DNA from: Antedon mediterranea
Taxonomy: Eukaryota; Animalia; Echinodermata
Length of the DNA stretch: 64,000 nucleotides
Reading direction: 5' to 3'
Assembly: GCF_964355755.1 (NCBI RefSeq)
Contig: NC_092676.1
Location: 14,526,871-14,590,870 of the forward strand
In this document: piece by piece, positions 54,940-64,000 of the stretch
Layout: each line of letters opens with the position of its first letter
Position numbering within the stretch: position 1 is the stretch's first letter
The notes under the pieces: generated by a model
What the model saw: the letters and a program-made list of their open reading frames with translations, nothing else
Told to the model about the DNA's origin: nothing
Database searches by the model: none
Made by a program: the position numbers and the translations under genes

Positions 54940-55574
54940 CCGTTAAACGCCGAGTTAATGGACGATAGTATTGAATGACAGTATATAGAGTATAGCATCA
55001 ATCGAATACCCATCATTCCCGGAGTTTACTAAGTTTTTGTGTCCGTTAAACGCCGAGCTAACGGAGGATAGTATTGAATGAGGGTATATAGAGTATAGCA
55101 TCATTCCACAGGTTACAGAGTTTTTGTGTCTGTTAAACGCCGAGCTAACGGACGATAGTATTGAATGACAGCATATAGAGTATAGCATCATTCCACAGGT
55201 TACTGAGTTTTTGTGTCCGTTAAACGCCGCGCTAACGGAGGATAGTATTGAATGACAGCATAGAGTATAGCATCATTCCACAGTTTACTGAGTTTTTGTG
55301 TCCGTTAAACGCCGAGCTAACGGACGATAGTATTGAATGACAGTATATAGAGTATATGGTTATTCCACAGTTTACTGAGTTTTTGTGTCCGTTAAACGCC
55401 GAGCTAACGAACGATAGTATTGAATGACAGTATATAGAGTATAGCATCATTCCACAGTATACTCTACTGAGTTTTTGTGTTCGTTAAACGCCGAGCTAAC
55501 AGACGATAGTATTAAATTACAGTATATAGAGTATAGAATCATTCCACAATCTACTGAGTTTTTGTGTCCGTTAA
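54940..55574. repeat. About 87-bp tandem repeat, 7 units, intronic
   Basis: GTTAAA anchor at 54942, 55045, 55132, 55219, 55304, 55391, 55483 and 55570. Confidence 0.93.
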
Positions 55575-55949
55575 AGATGTATTGTCCCTTAAAAAATGAA
55601 GGTCAAAATATTCTAAATTTAAATTGGCCATATCAAAGTAATAAAGTCGAAAATTCGAGCCAAAAACAACAAGTTTACGTAAGTAACCGTTAAATTAATT
55701 TGATTACATTTCATCTAGAAAATCGTCGCGAGCGAAAGTAAACAAAGATTTCAAATCACGAGTATGCATTATGCATGATGCAAATTAGGATTGTTTACAA
55801 CTCGTCACGGTTGAGAAGGTTTTTTCACACAGATCAAGAAGTTTTATGATTATGTATATAGAGTAGACAAACAAGTGCGTTGCACTATGAGATATGTTTT
55901 GATCGAAAACTTTGACTTGTCAAAGTTATTTTTTTAACAAAAAAACGTC

Positions 55950-56295
55950 TGTATTTCAGTTAAATGATTTTTTTTTCAAGGTCAAAGTATCGCTCAAAGT
56001 TTCGACTAATACAAGAGTATGCAAAAACATGCAATTCCTTAACCCCCCCCCCCCCCCTTCCTTTACAAAAATACCTTGGTTTTCAAAATTAGACCTGTAT
56101 TTCCAGAGATATAGCTATTTGAAAATTGTTCCAGAATTGGGACCGTGGTCCAGATTTAATGGAGTGGTCCTTGACCACATATCTATCTGTATTTTCATTT
56201 TGGTACCGTAAAAATAACTTTTTGAGTAATTCTGCTGACAGACAAACAGACACAGGCAATGAATTACATATACCTCTTTGGCAGAGGTAAATAAA
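55950..56295 (-). mobile_element. Second HINE-like element remnant
   Basis: Terminal hairpin TACCTCTTTGGCAGAGGTA (56271-56289) next to GACAGACAAACAGACA and an A-tract; the far boundary is approximate. Confidence 0.45.
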
Positions 56296-56767
56296 ATAGT
56301 ATGTTAAATTTGATTTTTGATTCCATTTCTTTCCGTATCCAACTTTATTTTGAACAGGATTTATAAATATTATATGCATTTTTGGTAGGTGAGTGGATTC
56401 AGTTCTGTAATGTAATGTAAATATTTATTTTCCCAATGTGTGTTGTATTTTTTAAAATTTAAACAGACTTTGCATTTGTTTCACGTAATCCATCTTAAGC
56501 TTTTATAAATACTAAATAATAATATGGATTTATATAGAACACCTACCACTCCAGAGTGCTTAAGGCGCGTACATTCTATCATGTCTGTATTGTGTGTGGA
56601 GTGCCTTGTATTCACTTTGTGGGCATGTATTAGGACACTGTTTAGCTACAATAATTGATACAATTTTAAAAATACAATTACTTATTTTCTGATCTTTTCA
56701 CATTCAGATCACCTATAATTCATGAGATTGATGAATAAAATTCTAGTTTTTAAAATAATTGATAATA

Positions 56768-57250
56768 CAGTAGAACCTTCGTTTTACGTACCCTGATTTT
56801 ACGTTCCCTGGATTTTACGTACGCCTAAAATAACCGATGACGTCATCATTTTCTTACATTGAGGGCGCAATTTAACAACAACAAATCATAATAAAAATGG
56901 CTGTGTGACGAATTCTGCTGTGTGAGACAAGCTACACACGTGCATTCCCCTACAGCAGCGACTGTTTTTATTGATAGAAAATACAAGAACATGGATATTT
57001 TAATTTACACTTTATTTAAACATCGCACAGCCTGTATATACTGTACTTTTTTAGTTAGGCCTCACATCTTGCTAGGCCTGCTAGTGACCACCTGCATGCT
57101 GTACAGTAAAGTAGCCAAACACGGTAGCCTTACAGTAGCTAGGATCTCTACATATTTGGGGTCAATTTAAGGTCAACCTTGATTTTACGAATCCTGTGTT
57201 TTACGTACGCCTTTCAGTCCCGTACCGTACGTAAAATGAAGGTTCCACTG
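56768..57250. mobile_element. pogo/Tigger-like MITE, complete
   Basis: ta|CAGTAGAACCTTCGTTTTACGTAC ... GTACGTAAAATGAAGGTTCCACTG|ta. Confidence 0.88.
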
Positions 57251-57358
57251 TATTGTTATTATTTTTTTACCACTGTAATCCATATGTTTTTAGCCCCATA
57301 ATGAAAGAAATATCAGTTTGTCTGTACGCTTTTAATAATAAATATAAATTTTGTTTAG

Positions 57359-57582
57359 CTGTACGAATTGGGCGTTACTCAAAACAAATCAAGCAACACC
57401 ACAAAGATGAGATAACACGTTTACGATCACGACCTGAAACACAAGAGGAGAAAGAGGCTCGCGAACAACGTGAAATTGAATTGTTTACGCTTAGCCAGAA
57501 AGTACTTCAGGCTCATGAAGTTACTTGTCTATACACTCACAAGCACACGGATAGACTGTTGCAAGCAAAACAAGAGTACCTT
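57359..57582 (+). CDS. NR1 nuclear receptor, C-terminal extension/hinge/helix 1 exon
   Basis: tttag|(S)VRIGRYSKQIKQ..LFTLSQKVLQAHEVTCLYT..QEYL|gtaagt; phase 1 in, phase 0 out. Confidence 0.92.
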
Positions 57583-57919
57583 GTAAGTTCCTTTTTAATA
57601 GCATATGTTATGAAAATAATTATAAGCATTTCTTTTCAAAAAATTAAAGGTCATAAACCATAATTTAATTAAGAGTTTTTGAATTCATTATTTTCATGTG
57701 CACTATTGTTAAGTAAACCAAATCAAATCGGGATTGCAACAATTCCGAATTTTATTTACTTTACACATCACTAAAATTGTATCTTGACCAAATAATAATT
57801 TTAAAAATCAATATTATTAAATGCAAAGCCATATTTATATTAGTGTTAAAAAGCAATAATTATTTTTAATGCATGTTTAATTAAATGCCATTTTTTTGTA
57901 CGATTGTGCATTATGATAT

Positions 57920-58326
57920 CTCTCTCTCTTTCTCGAAGTGCCATATCATGAAACTTTGGCGATCATGTTGTGCCACAATTCTCTGTCTATTGCCATATTC
58001 AGCAACTCCACTTCTTTGGTATTCTCGCCTCTATTCCGAATCCATTCAGCTATGCTGGCCAACCAAGTGACTCTTTTCCTCCCCCTGCTCCTTCTTCCTT
58101 CTATTTTCCCCGTTAATGCCAAGTTCTCCAGACCTCCCTTCCTCAACACATGTCCCATGAATCTCATCTGTCTAATCCTAATATCCTTCAGTAGTTTCCT
58201 GCATACTCCAGCTCTTATCAATACATCTTCATTACTAACTCTATCTGTCCATGGAATTCTCATCATTCTCCTTAGAAACCACATCTCACAGCTTTCCAAT
58301 CTTTTTCTGAGGTCAGTTGTGATTGA
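57920..58326 (-). mobile_element. 5'-truncated RTE-clade LINE, young
   Basis: Open frame EMWFLRRMMRIPWTDRVSNEDVL..FMGHVLR..GKIEGRRSRGRKR..W; (AG)n 3' tail; 8-bp TSD TATGATAT at 57912-57919 and 58327-58334. Confidence 0.9.
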
Positions 58327-58366
58327 TATGATATAAATACTTTATTTTAAATAATTTCTTCCTCAG

Positions 58367-58549
58367 AGCAAATTTTCTGACAAATCTAAGATGTCCTTAC
58401 CAAAAATAGATGGATGCGTTTTGTCATTAGAAGAAAAATCTTCTGAAAAGAAAACTATTTGGAAACTATTTTGTGAAGCTATTACTCCCTGTGTACAAAG
58501 AATTATAGAATTTGCAAAATGTTTACCTGGATTTCAGTCTTTATTACAG
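58367..58549 (+). CDS. NR1 nuclear receptor, LBD helix 3 exon
   Basis: cctcag|SKFSDK..IWKLFCEAITPCVQRIIEFAKCLPGFQSLLQ|gtaatt; LBD signature. Confidence 0.95.
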
Positions 58550-58954
58550 GTAATTTCACATTTGCTTACTTCTTACTTTAAACCTTACTAAAATGATTGA
58601 TTTATCAACTGTTTTAACTTTCATTAATTTAATTAATCATTTCGTTTGGTACTTATGAAATGTCTGTGAGCATTGTGCTAATTATTCTTGATGCTTGATG
58701 CCATTCCAAACCACAGAGATGCATTTTCTATTGTTTCCTGAAAAAATGCTGTTTGATTTTGTTCACGAGTCGACCGTCTGGACGTGTTTATTCCGTTTCG
58801 TTTAATTAAATCAGACTGTAAATAGGCCATTTTGTAGTTTTAATTAAAGTTATTCACTTGCAAAGAAACAACAAAAGAAAAATGTTTTCACTTATAAAAA
58901 GACAAAATAAACAGTGAAATCCAACCAAAACCATTGGCTGGCAGCAGCCAATTG

Positions 58955-59840
58955 GGGTATTGCTAAACACCGCAAACCCCCGCAAACCTCTAAAAAAACA
59001 TAGCAAACCCCATCGAACCAACATAAAAGTGATTGAATCATGTAGTGTACAACCCACTGAGTATATCCATGTAAAAACAATATTACATTTTTACTGTTAA
59101 CTAATTATTTTTGGGGTAAAACATCATTTTTTGGTCAAAAATAATTGCTAAACCCTGCAAACCTCCAAAACAATATAGCAAACCCCACCGAACCAACATA
59201 AAAGTGATTGAATCATGTAGTGTACAACCCACTGGGTATATCCATGTAAAAAAAATATTAAATTTCTACTGTTAACCACTTATTTTTTGGGTAAAACATC
59301 ATTTTTTGGTCAAAAATGATTGCTAAACCCCGCAAACCTCCAAAAAAATATAGCAAACCCCACCGAACCAACATAAAAGTGATTGAATCATGTAGTGTAC
59401 AACCCACTGGGTATATCCATGTAAAAAAATATTAAATTTCTACTGTTAACTACTTATTTTTGGGGTAAAACATCATTTTTTGGTCAAAAATGATTGCTTA
59501 TTTTTAACCAAAAAATGATGTTTTATCCCCAAAAAAGTAGTTAACAGTAGAAATTTAATAATTTATATACCCAGTGGGTCGTACACTACATTATTCAATC
59601 ACTTTTATATTGGTTAGGTGGGGTTTGCTATGGCTTTTTGGAGGTTTGCGGGGTTTAGCAATCATTTTTGACCAAAAAATGATGTTTTACCCCAAAAATA
59701 ACTTGTTAACAGTAGAAATTTAATTTTTTTTTACATTGATATACCCAGTGGGTTGTACACTACATGATTCAATCACTTTTATGTTGGTTCGGTGGGGTTT
59801 GCTATGTTTTTTTGGAGGTTTGCGGTGTTTAGCAATACCC
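58955..59840. mobile_element. Foldback-type element built from about 175-bp units, 8-bp TSD
   Basis: GCCAATTG|GGGTATTGCTAAACACCGCAAAC ... GTTTGCGGTGTTTAGCAATACCC|GCCAATTG; 3 forward units, then 2 inverted units. Confidence 0.92.
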
Positions 59841-59989
59841 GCCAATTGACTATTCTTTGCTTTAAATCAAATTTGTGGTCGAAGTGAATAACAATTATGC
59901 GACATTAAAATGGCATTTCAACAAAAAATGATACCAAATTATTCTTTCAGGGGGACAATATCTTTAACAATTACAATTTTTATTCATAG

Positions 59990-60239
59990 GATGACCAAAT
60001 GACATTATTAAAACAGAGCTTTTTTGAAATCTGGCTAATTTACATTTCACGTATGATCAGCGATTCAGATGACACTATTGGTATTAGAGAAAATGTTGTA
60101 TTTACACATGAACAGTTGGATAAGATGGGAATGGCTGACCTTTGGCGACGTGTCTTCGAGTTCAGTACTTCTTTCAAATTATTGAATTTAAGCGACATGG
60201 AAATAGCCTTGTTTTCTGCAGTTGTTATAATGAGTGGTG
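59990..60239 (+). CDS. NR1 nuclear receptor, LBD helices 4-8 exon (gene continues past the window)
   Basis: catag|DDQMTLLKQSFFEIWL..LNLSDMEIALFSAVVIMSG+G|gtatgt; no helix 9-12 exon found in the window. Confidence 0.95.
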
Positions 60240-61169
60240 GTATGTTCATTTAATTTATTTTTAATTAAATTTTTTGTTTTTTTTATTGTGTTACATTTTT
60301 ATACAGTAGCTATAAATGTATGGAAACATATGCAGTTTTTAATTGTATTTTCTTAAAGTCCTCAAAATGCAGGATATTACAATTTGTATTATGATTTCTC
60401 ATTTGAAACGCTTTTTTCACTTTACCTCAATTACCATTACAGTCCCACAGAACTTTCTTGAGAATATCAACAAAATGTCAGTTGTTTGTTTTTTCCATGT
60501 TTCCATATACCAGTTTACTCTCTTAACCCATTAACCCATTGACCCCTAAGTTTATTTTGCTTTCCCAGGACCTAAAAAGCATGTCACATAATTAACCATA
60601 ACTTTTTTTCGAGAGACAGAAATTAAAAAAATTTAAAGTTAAAATAATGCCAAGGACATTTTCTTTTCAAATATATGTTATCATGTACGTTTAGGCCTAG
60701 ATTCATTCTACATGCCTGTCGCGTTTCGGACAGCGTGCTTCGAAAAACGGTTATATGTTCAAATTTATTTTCAAACTCACTTCAACTATTGTTTTTGTAT
60801 ATTTAGAAGCATATTTAAAAAAAAAAGTTGTGAGTATTTTGTATAATTTCTACAAAAAGAAAATCGAGATATTCGCGATTTTGTGCAAGACATCACAATA
60901 TGTATGAAAATATTGCCTGGTGAGATCAACAAACAAAGTAAACGTTACTTACACAGTATTGATAGGCCTATAAAAACAAGTTATCACTATATTATACAGA
61001 TATTGACTGCTTAGAGGTTAAATATTATGTTCGAGGAAATATATAATTCCCGAGAACTTAATACCATTCTTGAGGGGATGTCTAATCTTATATTTTACCG
61101 ATATCTGTTATATTACATAGACAGTCGTTCGTAACCAGATTAGTTACTTTCAAATACAGTCGACTCCGC

Positions 61170-61346
61170 TGTGGTAGTATGCAATATCGATCTAGCGCCA
61201 CCTAGCGGGGATCGAGAGAGGGTTTTAACATGGACGCGAGTCACGATAGTTGATATGTTGAATAAATGTTATTTGGATTGTGTTTAACGGTAGTCCTATG
61301 TACGTCTGTTTGAGTACAGTGTAGCGACAACAAACGAAACATAATA
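61170..61346 (+). repeat. Putative 5' LTR of the Gypsy element
   Basis: Starts TGTGG, contains AATAAA (61261) and abuts the PBS; ends TA rather than CA, and the left boundary is inferred without the 3' LTR. Confidence 0.55.
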
Positions 61347-61360
61347 TGGTGTCAGAAGTG
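61347..61360 (+). promoter_or_regulatory. Primer-binding site, tRNA-Leu type
   Basis: TGGTGTCAGAAGTG, complementary to a tRNA-Leu 3' end as in Mag/SURL elements. Confidence 0.8.
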
Positions 61361-61608
61361 TGTCTGAATCGACTCATCCAACGCTCAGAAAGGTCAGTAA
61401 CGATCGATTTCCGAGATACCTACCCCAGCGGCGGTAGCCTAGCCTAGCGAGAATAGCGAGAGCGGTTGAACGCTCACACAACGACGCACGACAGCGGACG
61501 ATTGTAAACAAGTTGCATAGCAACCACAACGCAGTAAACCGCACAGCCTAGCCTAGGAATTAAAGAGATTTGAACTCCGTAAGTTATTCAGTAATTATAA
61601 GAATAATT

Positions 61609-64000
61609 ATGGCAACGTTCATAAAGCCACCTGAAACATTAATTGTAGATGGCAGTAATCCATCACACGCATGGAACAAGTGGAAAAGGAAATTTGAGAT
61701 TTACCTCAAAGCAACAGGGAACTCAAAGAAAGAAACCGAAATCAAAGTAGGTCTGTTGCTAAACTGTATAGGCGATAACAGTATTGACATCTACACAAAT
61801 TTTAAATTCAAGCCTGCAATGCAAAATCCAGAAAATGAAGAAGAAATCCCAGCTGAGGATCCGAACGACTACACAGTCATAATGAACAAATTTGACGAAC
61901 ACTTTTCTCGGCGCGACCCACAACTAATGTTACGGCAACGGTTCTGGCATCACTTACAGCGAGAACCAGGCCAGTCATTTGATTCATGGGTCACGACGGT
62001 GAAAGAAAGGGCGGCAGAGTGTAAATTCCCAAAGGAATTTCAAGAAGAAGCAGTTAGAGACAAATTAACATTTTCGTGTACTAACGACAGCTACAAGCTG
62101 AAATTATACGACGAGGGTGCAAAGTTATCCTTGACTAAAACTACTAGAATCCTTGCACTGAAAGAGGCAACTAGTCAAGAACTCCAGAAGTCTAAAACCG
62201 CAACCATTGACCAAGTCCGACCTAAAACAAAGCCGAGACCAGCAACGCAGGGGCAAACCAAGAAACAATACTCACACAACAAGGCAGCCCGCCCACAAAC
62301 GAATGAGGGGAAATGTCAGAAATGTGGATATTGTGGAAAGTCTCACCCATATGGAAAACAGAACTGTCCAGCAAAATCAGCAACTTGTAATGCATGCGGA
62401 AAAACTGGTCACTATAAGGTAGTGTGTAGATCAACTGCAAGCCGATCAAGCAGAGTCAACCAAGTCGATGACGAACACCCTTTCCTGATAAGTGGTGTTA
62501 GTGTCCAACAAGTTAACAGGTCACAGTTGAAAGACGCACACAAACAACCTGGATGGCACATCAAACTCAGAGCAGCCGATCAAGAACTGTCATGGTGTAT
62601 TGATACCGGTGCACAAGTTTCAGTGATGCCAAATATAGTGTATCAAAACCGATTCGGAGAAATGTTCCCAACCGACAAGACGCTAGTGGGTACAGGCGAT
62701 ACACCACTGAAAACACGAGGATTTGTGGACATGAAGCTGAAACAACAACATGGAAACAACTCGGAGATAGAAGAAAGAGTATATATAGTCGAGAACGCAA
62801 CAACACTACTGCTAGGAGTTCCAGCAATTCGCAACCTTGGACTGATCCATGAGATACCAGGAACCTATAGTGTGAAAGCAGTTGACGTCAATTCTCCAAT
62901 TACAAAGGAGAAAATAAAGGAAGAATACCCAGGACTATTCAGAGGCCTTGGTAAATTAGACGGTGAATACACCATCAAACTGAAAGAAGATACCAAACCA
63001 TTTTGCCTTACAACACCAAGAAGAATTGCCCTACCACTGCTTGAAAAGACAAAGGCAGAGTTAGAGAGGATGGTGCAACTTGAAGTTATCGAACCAATCG
63101 ATGAACCAACCGACTGGTGCGCACCTATAGTTGTGGTGCCGAAGCAAAATGGAGATGTACGAATTTGTGTTGACTTAACGAAGCTGAATCAGTCAGTACG
63201 AAGAGAACTATATCATATGCCAAAGGTAGAAGAGACACTTGGTAAGGTGGCGAATGGAACAGTGTTCTCAAAACTCGATGCAAACTCAGGGTTTCACCAG
63301 GTGAAGCTGAGCCTAGAAAGCACAAAATTAACTACCTTCATTACACCTTTTGGGAGGTATGTGTTTAAACGTCTTCCTTATGGGATATCGTCAGCACCGG
63401 AGTACTTCCAAAAGCAGATGGACCGAGAGCTGAGAGGTCTAGAAGGTGTTGTATGTCATATGGACGACATTCTGATCACTGGCAGCAATCAGACAGAGCA
63501 CGACAATAGGCTCAATGCAGTACTGAAGAGATTAGACAAAAGTGGTCTAACTCTAAATAGTGCGAAATGCAAATTCTCTCAGACGAAACTGGATTACTTG
63601 GGCCAGATAATCGATGGTGAAGGATTGAGAAAAGACCCAAAGAAAATCGAAGCAATTATGAAAATGCAACCACCCACCAATGTCACAGAACTCAGACAGT
63701 TCCTAGGAATGGTAAACCAACAGATGAAATTCGTTCCTAACCTGGCAGAGACCACCAAACCATTACGGGATCTCATGAAGAAGGAAAATGAATGGGTTTG
63801 GGACCAAGCTCAACAAGAAACATTCGTCAAGATACAGAATGAACTAAGCTCAGACAGAGTACTGAAACTCTACAGCACCACAAAAGAAACCGTTATATCA
63901 GCCGATGCGAGCAGTTTTGGACTAGGTGCTGTGCTTCTACAGAAACAAGAAAATGGCGAGCTGAGACCAGTAGCCTATGCAAGTAGATCCATGACGGCAA
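61609..64000 (+). CDS. Gag-Pol polyprotein of a Ty3/Gypsy (Mag/SURL-like) retrotransposon, runs off the window
   Basis: Single frame from ATG 61609: WNKWKRKF, twin knuckles CGYCGKSH..CPAKSATCNACGKTGHYKVVC, protease IDTGA, RT CVDLTKLN..LDANSGF..HMDD, RNase H ADASSFGLGAVLLQ. Absent from the ORF track, consistent with no stop before the edge. Confidence 0.95.
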   Translation, partial: MATFIKPPETLIVDGSNPSHAWNKWKRKFEIYLKATGNSKKETEIKVGLLLNCIGDNSIDIYTNFKFKPAMQNPENEEEIPAEDPNDYTVIMNKFDEHFSRRDPQLMLRQRFWHHLQREPGQSFDSWVTTVKERAAECKFPKEFQEEAVRDKLTFSCTNDSYKLKLYDEGAKLSLTKTTRILALKEATSQELQKSKTATIDQVRPKTKPRPATQGQTKKQYSHNKAARPQTNEGKCQKCGYCGKSHPYGKQNCPAKSATCNACGKTGHYKVVCRSTASRSSRVNQVDDEHPFLISGVSVQQVNRSQLKDAHKQPGWHIKLRAADQELSWCIDTGAQVSVMPNIVYQNRFGEMFPTDKTLVGTGDTPLKTRGFVDMKLKQQHGNNSEIEERVYIVENATTLLLGVPAIRNLGLIHEIPGTYSVKAVDVNSPITKEKIKEEYPGLFRGLGKLDGEYTIKLKEDTKPFCLTTPRRIALPLLEKTKAELERMVQLEVIEPIDEPTDWCAPIVVVPKQNGDVRICVDLTKLNQSVRRELYHMPKVEETLGKVANGTVFSKLDANSGFHQVKLSLESTKLTTFITPFGRYVFKRLPYGISSAPEYFQKQMDRELRGLEGVVCHMDDILITGSNQTEHDNRLNAVLKRLDKSGLTLNSAKCKFSQTKLDYLGQIIDGEGLRKDPKKIEAIMKMQPPTNVTELRQFLGMVNQQMKFVPNLAETTKPLRDLMKKENEWVWDQAQQETFVKIQNELSSDRVLKLYSTTKETVISADASSFGLGAVLLQKQENGELRPVAYASRSMTA

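Noticed and set aside
57938-58336. 132-aa plus-strand ORF inside the receptor gene
   Set aside because: Antisense shadow of the RTE LINE frame; the flanking receptor exons join in phase without it.
60561-60592. Candidate next receptor exon after TTTCCCAG
   Set aside because: In the required phase it reads GPKKHVT-stop, with no helix 9 similarity.
62207-63776. Short ORFs listed inside the Gypsy region
   Set aside because: Alternative-frame or antisense shadows of the long Gag-Pol frame starting at 61609.

Overview
AT-rich eukaryotic (metazoan, probably marine invertebrate) DNA, not prokaryotic. One host gene is supported: a spliced + strand NR1-subfamily nuclear receptor, closest to E78/NR1E. 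It has six phase-compatible coding exons from 47891 to 60239 covering the full DNA-binding domain and most of the ligand-binding domain; the last exon(s) lie beyond the window. The rest is a nested transposon landscape: a 5.4-kb Sola2 element with a decayed transposase, an internally deleted Academ element, Sola1, hAT, Gypsy, CR1, L1/Tx1 and RTE remnants, many MITEs, Helentron-associated elements, minisatellites, an intronic foldback element, and an apparently intact Mag/SURL-type Gypsy element at the right edge. The most unusual signal is three 20-24 bp palindromic micro-insertions, each flanked by a perfect 7-bp duplication, which look like excision scars of a P/Galileo-superfamily transposon. 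Family assignments come from motif recognition by eye, not from database searches.
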